From: Epiperipatus broadwayi
Taxonomy: Eukaryota; Animalia; Onychophora
DNA: 64,000 nt
Reading direction: 5' to 3'
NCBI GenBank assembly: GCA_028023455.1
Contig: JAQFVV010000009.1
Location: 9,362,001-9,426,000 of the forward strand
Part shown: positions 12,888 through 25,589 of the stretch, one piece after another
Position numbering within the stretch: the stretch's first letter is position 1
Layout of the letters: every line of letters starts with the position of its first letter
The notes under the pieces: generated by a model
The model's input: the letters and a program-made list of their open reading frames with translations, nothing else
Database searches by the model: none
What the model was told of the DNA's origin: nothing
Position numbers and translations under genes: made by a program

Positions 12888-13319
12888 ATATTTTATTACA
12901 AATCTAAGAAATCAGATCTTTTTAGATCAAATTGATCATTTAGGTCCGGCCCAGAATCGTTATATGTATATGTTTTTGATTAGCATCAACGCCATCTTAA
13001 GGCAAACACCAAGGATGGGAATACAACCGATTTTTTTGTTAAAATGTTTTTTACTGTTATTTTAGTTTTCCTCCCAAGCTAATCTTAACTTTCTATCTTT
13101 TATTTTGAAATGTTGGTTTCAGATTGAATTAATAAAAAGTGAACAATAAATCAAAAAGTAAATGTTAATTAATTAGTAAGAGTCAACAGAAAATAATTTT
13201 GTTTGCTATATAAAATTATATTTCTTGTAAGTATTGTGTTAGATTTGGAATTGTCATATTATGATTTTTTTAATTTTTTTTATTTAGTAGTCAACTTTAT
13301 TAAATAATTGTTAAAAATA

Positions 13320-14200
13320 ATAATGTAAATGTTTTTATTCCTCCAGATATCTGTTTTGTGAAATGACAATAAGTGTCACTTGATTTTATTATAGCATTGT
13401 GCTTTAAATCATTTGTAAATTGTTCCAGTAATAAAACTATTTAAGATAAAATGGATTAAATATATGCATTTATATTTTCTCTTGTTCATAGTCCATAGGC
13501 TTTCTGTGATCCTGAGCTAGCTGTAAAATAATAATAGTTAATTTATTTGGAAGTATTTGTTTGTGTTTGGACATCCATATACTTTTCTGGATGGCACAAA
13601 GGTCATGATCACCTTTAAAAGTCCATTCACTGCACTTTATTTATACTGATTAGAAATTAGTTTATAGTTGGCCTGTACACTCATGATACCATATTGTTAT
13701 AGCATTATTGATGATGAGTATGTGGCAGGATTCCAGAATTTTTTGCTATTATGACAGATACTTTAGCACTTAAGTATGTTCATGCAGATAATTGGTTTTT
13801 ATATAATGCCCTAATTTTGGCATTGACTATTAGCCTAAATCTTGATGTTGAACTTTTTTAGAGCCAGATGCAAGTGATAACTGTTGATTACCTATGTTTA
13901 AAGTTGGTGAAGCCCCTTTATGAGTTCCTGAGAAGAAGCTGTAAATAATATAAAACCATCCCATTGATCATTATGTCCAGATTACATGAGAACTGTATGC
14001 CGCTTAAGTTTAAAGTGTCTTATAGCTTTGGGAAAGAGACTAACCATCATTCAGCAAGAGAAACATCATCATATGCTGCCCACTAAGTAAAATAAAAGAA
14101 TTAAAATAAATTAAAATGCACATTAAAGTATGTCATTTCAATCAGCAAGAATGATATCAGAAGCTTCACAGAATACCAGCAACTATAGCTATATTTGTAT
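13320..14200 (-). mobile_element. Decayed LINE 3' region (Jockey/I-like), copy 1
   Basis: Homologous to 24290-24790 and 52760-53290 (gtgaatggacttt, aaatcaagt.acac, tggaggaataaa); translation includes RLIVNAK..YKN-like post-RT segment. Confidence 0.5.
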
Positions 14201-16779
14201 ATACTGTTCTGCAAAACGTTTACAGGTACCCAAATTCTTAACATGAACTATTGAAGATGAAATGCTATTATGTATGAACTTTAATTATGTTATTTGTTTT
14301 ATTTTACTAATATTAGATATTTAATCTTCCATATATGTATATTTCATTTCCACTTTGGCATATATATTTATAGGTTTAGAAATTAAAGTGGTGATGGGAT
14401 GTTTAATCTTATTATTTGAGTTTATTAAATGCATCACAGTTCAGATGGCATAACATTAAAAGAAAATATTGATAATAAAACAACTAGCCAATTGTTGCAA
14501 ACCCTCACTATTCACTAAAAATTTCTTCAGTATTATATTAGTTAATCATTTTAATACAAGAGTTAATAATGATCATTTCCACTAGCCCACAATGTATTCA
14601 TGTAAATAATGTGGATTAATGATCTCTGGATAGAATAAAAGGTTATATAGACAGATTAAATAAATTAAGAAAGATTGTTTTTCATAGTTATAAAAGTTTA
14701 CAGTTTTAAGCAATATACCCTCACAGATTTGGGATAGGCAGGCATGGGAAAGGGTATTTGTGGGGATTAAATTTTCATGAGCTAATGTACTATAATTTCA
14801 GACTGTTTTGTATATATACAATTTTTATTGTCAAGAAATGAGTGTGATGCAGATGCTTTTCCTGTTGCTTGAAGTCATTTAGTTTGACCTGCACTTATTC
14901 GGTAGACACACATTCCTACCATATGTCATATTTTTTATATATTCAATGATTGTTCATAAATAAGTTTCAGTCACTAATGCCAGATAGATGATGCATGATT
15001 CCTATTTGGGCAATTGGTGATATTTATTAAAACATGTTAAAGAATGTCTGTCTGTGATATTTTGTTTCCCTTAATCGAATTGCTTAGTATTAATTTTCCA
15101 GCACTAAAGCCTGAAAAGATTTGTGATAGTCTAATTCTTCTAATAATATAGTTTATATCAATGATTTTTACCATATCTTAAAGTTTGTAAAATTAATAAG
15201 TTTAAAACTGGGTTATGATTGGTTATATTAATAGATATTAATAGTTACAATTAGCCTATGCAGTGAGTTTGTATCTGTCCAGGGACAATTAAGATGCATA
15301 GGTCCATATATTGTTTATCCACAATAAGGCAATGAATATCTAGCTCGATGAATTTTGCATCAAACTAGCTAGGGCAGTTGAATAAAATCCTATGGCAATA
15401 GATATTTAAGTGTTGTTATACTGAAATTAATCCTGGGTAAAATATCAATAGACTGATGTTTCCTGAGGGTTTTTGTCAATTACATTATTATTTGTTTGGT
15501 GATTATGTACATACATAAATAAACCATAATTTTTCATTATTCTAGCATTTATCTTTTATTGCAAACAATAAGGATAATTAAAATATGACGAGTCTCTTGT
15601 ATCTAACTGAGTTTAGCAGGTTATAAAAACAAAAAGTTTTTGATCGTAAGATGTCAGAATTACTCTTGGGCGATTTTCATGTTTACTGTTACAATATAAG
15701 TATCGATTACTGCTCAATTATAACCAATATTTGATATATATTAACATCTATTTTTCTATTTTAAATTTTTTTTTTTAACAAAACATAAATAATCTCCAAT
15801 ATCAATGTATATAATAAAACAAATAAAGTTAATTTAAACCTAAAAAGAGAATACTGATCGAAGTAATTATAATTTATACTTTTAAAAATAGGAGGAGAGA
15901 TTTTGTCAATAAATAAATAAAAAAGCTTAAGATGTGATATTAAATTATAAAAATATGAAATATTTGTGACATAAGTTTATTGTGGAGAAGAAGAGATAAA
16001 AGAAAATAGGAAATCATAATTTGGAAAATGTAGAAAGTAGATAAAGAGTATCATATATATATAAAAGCAGATGAAGAAAAATTTGATGAGGAAATAAAGA
16101 GCAAATAAGCAATATATATATAAAATATTGCAAAAAATAGTTTTCTAAATGTACATAGAATAAAGCATGAATATATATATATCACCAGTTGAAAGATATA
16201 AGTCGTTATCACTTATGCAAAATTTTTCATCTATTGCTCTATTATTCGATACCATGGTACTCCTCACATTACAGTATATCATTGATTAGCCAGTCTTTAT
16301 TTTATTATTGGTAAAACATAAATACTTCGTAATTACTCTGCTTCTAAGACTATACACATCCAATCCAATTTTTCTTTTACTTTATCATTTCTTAAAAAAT
16401 AACTTTTTTTTTATATTTACACTTTTAAATTCTAGAATATTGCAAAGCCCAGTAATTAAGTTAAATTTTCCATACTTCAATAAATGCAAATCTCAAATGC
16501 CTTCAATCTTTTTGTCTCTCCTTTTCTAATTGGCTAAGTTTCTATTCTATACAGAGGAATACGCTAAACAAAATATTTAATAATTTTATTTTTAAATAAC
16601 TTCCTGTCTTTACTATAAACATTGTAAACCATTGTATTTCAAATATCTTATTACTGCTTGTATCATGAACAAACGACTTCATATATACTTAAAGTACTCA
16701 ATAGTCTGTTTTAAAAGTTTCTGCATAACTATTTACTTATGATATATGGATTTTAATTTCCAAATTTTCTTTAAATTTT

Positions 16780-16960
16780 ATCATACTTATTTAAAATTTT
16801 ACGATGTAAAATTTATTATTCACATCTACAAGCACAGCCTCTTCATATAACAAAACTCATATAATGAAAAGATGGCCATGGAACTAATTCATAATAATAT
16901 GATAATTCCTATTAATAGTGCAAATTACATCATACTTTAGCACTGACGATCATCTGATTA
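16780..16960 (+). mobile_element. Highly decayed Penelope-like RT remnant
   Basis: Ordered motif remnants F.DV, MAM(G)TN and YF.TDDHLI, resembling SFDV / GxAMG / YVDD. Confidence 0.35.
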
Positions 16961-17059
16961 ATCCAGATTAATCTTGGACATTTATCTTGTATCTAAAAAT
17001 AGATACAAGCCTGCTTACTAATCACTATTGCATAGCTAGTCACCGTATATTTAAGATTG

Positions 17060-17117
17060 ATTATGACCTGAAGAAATTCTTAATCTAAGCTGAATTTCAA
17101 CTCGAAGTTGTGATAAT
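17060..17117 (+). ncRNA. Degenerate minimal hammerhead-ribozyme-like motif
   Basis: attatgac-CTGAAGA-aattc..gaatt..C-GAA-GTT-gtgataat; stem I pairs 7/8; GAAAC damaged. Confidence 0.4.
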
Positions 17118-17584
17118 AATGGGTGAATGAGTTATTTACTATAACACAAGATCACTCAGTAATAACTTCATTCTTATCAATAACACTCATTTATAATTTA
17201 AAACGAGTTATTTATATAGCGCTATGTTTTTAAACTGTAATAATAATTAGAGATCACTCCATAAACGCTGGAATGAATACTCTCTTTTTCAAATGTTGAA
17301 TAAAGAAGAAATTAGCATCACACTTATTATTTAATCTTTTAAATGTTTTTTAAATTCATTTATAGATTTTCTAATTATCTTCTCTTTTACCAAATATTCA
17401 ATAAAATAATCCTATTCAATCTGTTAAAACAAATATTAGTACTTCCTTTTCCCTTTATATAAATATTTTTCAACAATAGTTTATATCACTGTTAAATCCA
17501 AACTGCTTTTCATGCATAAATACAGTACTTCTAACTTGCTATAAAAATGTCTACTTAATACTTACATATTAGCTTATCTGCATG

Positions 17585-18027
17585 CAGGGCCAATTGGAGG
17601 GGGAGGGCAGGAGGGGGAACTGCTCTGGGCCTTGCAATATCTTGGCCTCAATATGTTAAACAAAAATATATGAGAAGGCAAAGTGATATCATGCCTTGTA
17701 GAATGGCCTTAATTTTACAGTTAAATTCCCCCAAAAAATATTCGAGAAAAACTTTTCCAAGCAGACATACCACAAGTCAAAAATATAAGCCCGTTTAGGG
17801 ATGAGATGCCAATTTCATGACTCTGCAACAAAAGCAACTGCAGTGCTTGGCAGCCATCAGAACTAATAGTCTCAGTCCCCTGTCAGTCAGTTCTGTGCTA
17901 TTAGTGTTTTATGATACTAGCAGTGCTAGAATGAATCTACTCTATCCAAGTGCTATCTGGATTTGAACTGCTTGCTCATTTCTGCAACTCGGAACTAACT
18001 GCTTCCAGAGTCCTGTTTTTGGCCCTG
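17585..18027. mobile_element. hAT-like MITE
   Basis: TIR CAGGGCCAA...TTGGCCCTG with a G-rich subterminal block; no TSD detected. Confidence 0.5.
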
Positions 18028-18889
18028 TAAGTAAAAACTCTCATTTCTTCTCTCTCTCCCATGTTCTCATTTTAGATTTTGAAGGATCTCTAAAATATTA
18101 GTTGCCCCAGACCACATTTTTTTCTGAAAGGTCTTGTCTGCATGTGACATTAAACTTATTTCATTACATTTTACCATATTAAATCTTTTTCTTACATGGA
18201 TTGTGACTATTTCAATTATCTTAAATATTTTCTCCCAAAGATTTTACTAATTCAACTGAAATTTTATCAATTCTTGATGCATTGCCTATGTTTCAGTTAT
18301 AGTTTTTGGAATCTAATCCTTTATTACTAAACAATCTATTTGATTCCTAACCCCTCTACTTTCTTTCCTTTTTTAGTCAAGGATGAGTTTAGTATTTATT
18401 CTTTTAATCTTTCCAAAAACAAATATCTTTTCTACTGATAATTTGCCATTTATTGTTAGATTTGTTACTGCAACTCTACATTTTTCATACAACGTTTATT
18501 TTGCTACAAAATAAACCATTTTTTATTGTAATTTTTTTCTCAGTATAATTTTGTTTTAATTATATTTGTTTAGCTTTAATTGATCAAATCACATTTTATC
18601 GCTAAGCTTGCTATATTTTTTCATCTTTTTTCTCTAACATTTTATTAATCATCCCATTATATTTGAGGAGGTGGTCTTTTATTCTTCATAAGATTTACTG
18701 ATTTTTAACGCAAGTTTTTTAAAAAAAAATTTTTTTTAAAAATATTTTCTATCTTTCACTTAAATTTAAATTACTATTTATTTTGCCATTGTTTACATCT
18801 TTATGTCTCTCTTTTATTTATTAATAGCTAATTCCTTTTTTTTTTGGCTTAGAATTTTTTAAACTTTTAAATTAATTACTTTTAATCTA

Positions 18890-19385
18890 TGTCAGTTCCA
18901 GAAAGTGCTCATGCATTATTAATGCTTTCCCAGAAGTTTGTGATGATGGCATTTTCGATATGATAATATATTGGACCATTTCCATTATCTATCATTAAAT
19001 GTTGAATGTCTAGAAAATTTTAAACTTTATTTAAACTTCTCCAAATAATACAAGTTAGTAAATTATACAATGTTTTGAGTGGTATTATTCTCCACTCTTT
19101 TTCAGGTGTTACTGGTCTGACCAGTGTCAATACCAGTACAGGAATCAAACTTACATCTTTAGATTTGGTTAGTGCATTGCCTTAAAATTCAATTTCAACA
19201 ATCTAAAGATGTAAGTTCAACTCCTATGCTAGTATTGTCACTGGTCAGACCAGCAACACCTGAAGAAGAGTGGAGAATAATATCACTTGTAACATTGTAT
19301 AATCCATTAACTTATATTGTTTGTATTTGAAAAAGTTTAAAGAAGTTTAAAATTTTCTAGACATGTCCAACATATTATAACATTG
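18890..19385. mobile_element. Head-to-head dimer of the tRNA-head + hammerhead module (PLE terminal-repeat family 1), no ORF
   Basis: Arms diverge from ~19165; both are homologous to the repeats at 38405-38790 and 40693-41030; HHR-like motifs at 19066-19108 (-) and 19257-19299 (+). Confidence 0.8.
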
Positions 19386-20428
19386 TTAATGCAGTTTTTA
19401 AAATTATTCTAAACTATTAAACATTCTGTTAATTAGAACTTTCCATATGTAAATTCTCTGCTGATTGTTTCTAATGCAATTTTTCATACAAATATTGTAA
19501 TTAACAATCTTTTATTTATTTCATTTATTAATGCTAAACAATAATGTTCTACAATCTTATCTCCTCTTTTCTAACTTACAACAGTATTCCAATCCTCAAA
19601 TATTATACCGTAACTATATTTGTACTCATTATCAATTATTATACTTTTCTAACTTCTTTTTACTATGTGTACTAATCAGAATATACACTAATATAATTAT
19701 TAGATCACTTTAACATTAGCAACAGTTGTTTACTTAATTATTATACAAAAAATATCACTCCTTTTTTTTAAATAATAATAATAATAATTTCTCAATTCCT
19801 CTTCATTCTCTAATTTTTAATGAAATCTATGATGTAAGCAAAATTTAGTAAAAAGATGTAATTCTATCATAACTTAAATGTAGATAGTGATGCCGTATAT
19901 ATTAATCTACAATTATCTGAAGTTATGGGTAGGATTTAAAAAAATAAAAAATAGAAATAGGTGCACTTAAGTACAGTGGCATCTCTTTAAACTGAAATCT
20001 TAAAACCAAAAATCTAACTGAGTTCATGTATTTATGTGGAAGTATTACAGCTAAAGTTTGAATTTGCTGGACAAACTTAACTTTTACAATAAAAGTAGTT
20101 AAAATTTGAGATAAATGGGTTTAAAATGTCAACATTATCCACAGATGTCTGGCTATGCTAAAAAGAATTTTAGTGATAGGAAAAAGAAAGATTATTTGTA
20201 GACTTTATTGTTATAATAATTTTTTATTGAATTTTAAAAAATATGAATAAATTTTGAGTAAGATTTGAATAGATATTAAGATATTAAAAAACATTCATAT
20301 CGCATAAAGAAGCTAAACTACTGGTGTTTTGATTATTTATTATGCTAAATGTAGGAATATTTATTTCACAATCCAAACATCAATGACTCCTGCTATTTTG
20401 CACAAGTTCCAATGTCTTTCAGTGGTAC

Positions 20429-20626
20429 TTATTTAATGCAAATTTGATTTCCCTGACCACTAGAAAATATGTAGTCTGTTGATCTTATAAAGTGATATTT
20501 CAGAGTTGAAAACTTTGGACAGTAATGACAATTTCTTGTCACATAATGTGAATTCATTTGTGGATTAGTTTCATGTACTTTCCCCAAGTTTCTAGAATTT
20601 ATTGCCTCCAACAGAAACAACAGCAA
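20429..20626 (-). other. Candidate exon (LLLFLLEAINSRNLGK...)
   Basis: Strong acceptor ctattaattttag| followed by 65 open codons; possible internal donor AAA|GTACAT; no recognisable homology. Confidence 0.25.
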
Positions 20627-20927
20627 CTAAAATTAATAGAAAATAATCAAGAGGATCAAGTTTTGATTTGCTATTGTCAATTTACTAATTTGGGCAGGTG
20701 AAATAATTTATATGGATGAAATATTATATTCTTTTTTTTTTACTTTGATGAGATTTTTTTTTAAACAAATTTTCTAATTTTGATAACAATTTCTTTATAT
20801 AATTAGATTTAATTTCATTAATTTATTAGCAGATTACATTCATATTATGGAATCATTGCATTGTAATAGTATTGGTTTGCACTCTTCAGTAAGTTCAATA
20901 CAATTCTGTTTCCAAAAATCTGGATTA

Positions 20928-21024
20928 CATTGGTAGTCAAGAGGGCAGTGACGGTTGCTTTACAAGCAGTTGTTCTGGGTTAACGAGTTCGCTTCCTGGC
21001 TGATGCTATGACACATGAGGAAAA
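20928..21024 (+). mobile_element. tRNA-Val(TAC)-derived short retroposon/SINE with 14-bp TSD
   Basis: TGCTTTACAAGCAG..TTCTGGGTT resembles the tRNA-Val(TAC) anticodon and T arms; short A tail; TSD aaaaatctggatta at 20914-20927 and 21025-21038. Confidence 0.75.
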
Positions 21025-21253
21025 AAAAATCTGGATTAGATCAAATTGATAAATAAATGTAAATAAATAAAAAAATATCATGTTATATAATGAACTGCAA
21101 AAGCAGCTTTAAACTTGTTTAACTCTTGTTATGGTAATTATATTAACTAATAATATTATAGTTGCAATTTTATTAATAATTTTCCATTACAATTTGATTT
21201 TACCTTGTGGATGATGCATGTATATAATTTTTAGTTATTTGTTCTTAATTCAG

Positions 21254-21390
21254 GTGAAAGGGGAAAAAAATAGCCATCTACTAATTTTTATATTTAAACT
21301 TGGTAAGTAAAAAAAAACTTTAATTAATTCATTGCAAAAAAAAAGGCTTTTCCAATAGTCTTTAATTAAGGAACCATGAAGAAAAAGAAG
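21254..21390 (+). other. Candidate exon pair 21254-21302 and 21371-21390 with a 68-nt intron
   Basis: ttcag| ... TTG|GTAAGT ... ttaag| ... AAG|GTATTT; the joined frame is open and contains accATG-KKKK. Confidence 0.3.
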
Positions 21391-24289
21391 GTATTTCCCA
21401 TCAGACATGCCAACTGCCAGTGATAAAATTTTAATTCATTTCCCCTTTTTTTTTTTATCATTTGGATAATACTAACTTGATACTAATTTATTGACCAATA
21501 TTTAATGGTTAACATGGGATAGTTATGTATTTAAAGTTTTCTGGTTTGAATTCAAACTCAAATTGTAGGTATGGAGATAAATGTGCTAGCATTGATCCAT
21601 AAAGTTCTTTTTTATTTAAATAAAAATAATGATTCAAAAATCCCCAAGATTTTGTGCAACTCTGTAACTCTGGATCTGTCTAGAAAATAACTTTATAATG
21701 TATTGTGAGCTAACTATAGCTGCATCAATGTTTTTTGATAGATGAATGATGCGTATCTCATTTGCAATCCACATGGCTATTCTTCATCATGTATTAGTGA
21801 CATCTATGTCTTACTATTTGGCTCAGATGAATAATAAATAAAACTGAGAAAAAAAGTAGAAAGGACTAAATAAGCAGAAGCTGGTCATAGATTTCTACAG
21901 GCACTATCTAATATTTAAAAATTAAGATATGCAAGTTAATATGAAAAGGTATAAGAAAAAACAAAATTATATTTAATAGCACTAAGCTAGCTTTTGGCAG
22001 ATTCTTGTCAGAATCATAGTGTTTATCTCAAGTTTTCAAGTATTACATAGCTATATGAAAAGAGCTTAATGTTTGATATTTACACAGGCATTATCTGCAT
22101 ATTTGACTTACTTAATATCTGTTTGAAAGATATTATGATAAAATAACTAGTGAACATCATTTAACTAAATATTTCATTATCTGTGTTATCAGAAAACTTT
22201 AGGAATTTGTATATTTTATTGTCTCTTGGAAATTTACTGTAATCGTGTATACATGTAGACTAGTAAATATATGTTTACTGAATTTTATTTGAAATCTTTG
22301 AAAATATGAAAAATTAATATTGTTTTCTAAATAAATGTGAATCATATTTATAAATATCTCAACTTTTGCATAAGAGTAGTATAATGAAAGAATAATACGC
22401 TGTCAATACAGAGCATGCAGATTTAAGTGTGTAATACCTTTACTTAAACTTGATGAATGAAAACTGTTTATGAAATGCATATATAATGGGAGAGCATTAT
22501 TTTATTCCACATAAAAACTTGTATAAAATTTTTACAGAGATAGCCAGTCTGTTACATATCTTTACCGATGTTAATATTCTTCAAAATTTGGCAATATTCC
22601 AAGCATGTTGGTAAAGTTCCAAAACTTAATCACGCAAAATGCTAATAGTTGAATAATTTTTGTAAAATCTTTTAATTTAATAAAACTGGCAACTAATACT
22701 CATTAGTCATGTCTATACTTTTCTTAATACTTTTAGTCTACTTTAAGTTGACTTTAGTTTCAATATTTTTTGTTAATAATTTATAATAATGTTTAAATAA
22801 ATATCTTATTTAAAAAATAATCAGAATTTTTGCGTATTGGTGGTATTTTTTCCCATCATTTAAGCGTTTTGTATATATATAACTTAGCCAATAGTTTTAT
22901 TACTTTTTTGCTTGCTAAAATGTTCATATATTTATAACGATTCCAGTATGTTCTGTAATAATTCCAATCTTCAAAGATTTCATGTTTCATCTCTTCAATG
23001 AGAATATACGTTTTGACTGATATTGTTTTCATAGATGTTCTTTTGTTGTTTTTTATTGCTACATAGTTATTTGCAATATTTTAATACAAATCTCATAATG
23101 TCATGCTATCTTTTTTTTAACTGCTACAATAATTTTCACCCAATACCAAGATGATGTATTATATTTTAGAAACATTATTTTTTTTTACCTTTTTTTTTTG
23201 TCATTTTACTATTATATATCTGCTGTTTAGTTTAATTATATATATATAATTCCGAATATAAATCCATCTTTTGGGAATATGAACAGGATTTTGGACATGT
23301 ATGCAACCCATACATGGTTAATCTTGTGTGCATAGAACATGATGACAGGAAAATAAAGATTAAGGAGGTGTGGTTCATAGTCAATTATAGAAATGTAATT
23401 AACAAAAAAGAAAACAATGTCTAGTTATTAAGCAAATGGACTACATAAATTTTCTAATTTGAATAAAGCACTTATATAAACTCCTCCCTCTTTAAATAGA
23501 GCAGCAGACTTAAGCAATCTATGAGAGCTATGATTCTGGTGGATCTCACTGAAAGTGCATTTAGCCATTTCTAAGTTGCAAAAAAAAAACATTTTGTGCC
23601 ACTAATGTGAAAAACATTTCAAAATCAAAGTATTACATATACTATGAATAAATTTATCATTGTTATAAAATTACTCTCACAAATGAAACATTTTCTAGCC
23701 AAATTTTATTATTTAGAAAATATGCATAAACAATTATTTTATTTAAAATCTTGGATTTATATTAGATTTTGTAATTATTATTGCTGTAATATTTTGATTT
23801 GTAAATGTTTTGATAATAAATCATTATATTCAAGTATTTTTATAAACATAGATTAGCATATTTCTATTACTGTTGATATCTTAAATAAAAATTAAATGAT
23901 TAAGCTAACCACATTAATGTTAGTATCACAATATTGTAATAATATTCCAATAATAATTTTATTCATAAATACATTTTATTTATGATTTTATATATTTCTA
24001 TCTGTAATTAAATTATAACTAGGTAATTCATATATATATATATATATATTGTAATGTGCAAAAGGAGTAATATGGTATAATAGATCATCATCTCCACTGA
24101 ATAATCACAATCATCTTAATTAACATTGTCAATGAATAGTTATCATCAAATATAAAAGTATCATGAGAAAATCAGGAAAGAATAAAATAAGTAGTTATAA
24201 TAATTGTAAATTAGAAATCTACATTACTAGTACTAAAAATGAATAATCAATGGTCATTGCTTGTGATTGCATTTAAAAAGTTAATATTA

Positions 24290-24790
24290 ACATGTAGGTT
24301 ATCTACATAGTTAATGCCAAACTAAGGTATTAATATAAAAACAGTCATATGCAGGTAGACATGTAAATGCTAAAGCATCTATTATTGAGATCTTGATACA
24401 TGTTGATCATCATCAACACTCTGGTCATATGGTACCATGAATGTAATGCCCAATTATAAACTAATTTCCAAATGGTATAAATAAAGTGTAGTGAATGGAC
24501 TTTAAAGATTATTTTTACCATTACTCCATCTAGAAAATCATCTGCTTATCCAAACATAAATATATACGCCACATATATAAATTAATGATTATTTCTTTAG
24601 AGCTAGATTGAATAACAAGGTCCTTAGGAACTATGACAGTAAACAAAAATTACAAATGCATAAGTTTAATTCATTTATAAATCCCTTAAAGCACCATGCT
24701 ATGAAGAAATCAAGTTACACACATACTGCCAATTCACAGAGCAGGTATCTGGAGGAATAAAGACATGAACACAAAAAAATAATTTCAGAA
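24290..24790 (+). mobile_element. Decayed LINE 3' region, copy 2
   Basis: Shares the motifs listed for 13320-14200, in the opposite orientation. Confidence 0.5.
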
Positions 24791-25517
24791 ACTATTTCTT
24801 TTTAAGCAAGTATTTAATAAAATTAGCTAATAAATAATAAATAAGAAAATTTTAAAAAAGTATGATAATATGACAATTTCAAATCTAACATAATCCTTAT
24901 AAGAAATATAATTTCATATAGCTAACAAGAACATTTACTTTAATTAAGTTATATCCACTTTTTAATAATTAAATCTGAAAACAACATTTCACAGAAAGAG
25001 ATAAAAAAATTAAGATTATCTAAAACCTGCTCCATTTCTTATAAAATACATTTTTACAATGGGGAGGGGATAAAACAAATAAATGTCTCAACCAAAAAAA
25101 TCAAAATTATTCATTATTATCAATTATTACTTGTATTAAAATTATTTGTAAATGTAGATGTGCAAACTACCATTAAATATTACAATTTATTTTATTCTCT
25201 TAGTTTTTAGTAGATATAATTTTAAATTTCTTTTCAGGTCATTTTTTCCTTCTGGTTTCTTTCAATGTTCAGACTAAAATTATAATAATGCTTTCCAGGG
25301 TAGATTAACACAAGTTGAATTTATACATTATTTCTATTAAAAGATTTTTCCATTAACTTTTTGTAATTTTCAGTTTATAATACTTTTTATAGATGTTCTC
25401 CTATAACTTTTTATTTAAATAGCATAAAATTTTCATTATGATAACTTCACATTAACATAGATTTCTAGTGTAGATTAACACAAGTTAAATTAATTTATCT
25501 TACAATATAATTTTCAG

Positions 25518-25589
25518 ATCAGATTATCACAGGCTGAGACAACCATGTTTTTGTATAGACATAGGTCTTATTGCAAACTTCTCCCAGAG
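25518..25589 (+). other. Candidate 72-nt phase 0-0 exon (IRLSQAETTMFLYRHRSYCKLLPE)
   Basis: ttttcag| acceptor, open frame, GAG|GTATTC donor. Confidence 0.25.

Larger units (their letters stand above)
17270..19800 (-). mobile_element. RTE-clade LINE remnant (EN, linker, RT) interrupted by two insertions
   Basis: EN-like DWNTVV...KIV (~19560), RT-like IDKISVELVKSLGE and SLMSHADK (18140-18290), LISSLFNI (~17300), all on the minus strand and in the correct order. Confidence 0.6.

Noticed and set aside
16943-16980. CTGACGA followed by a hairpin
   Set aside because: No GAAA after the stem; better explained as the RT YxDD remnant.
20928-21024. Functional tRNA gene
   Set aside because: Acceptor stem and D arm are broken and it is flanked by a TSD; a retroposed copy. 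No intact tRNA or rRNA gene was found in the window.
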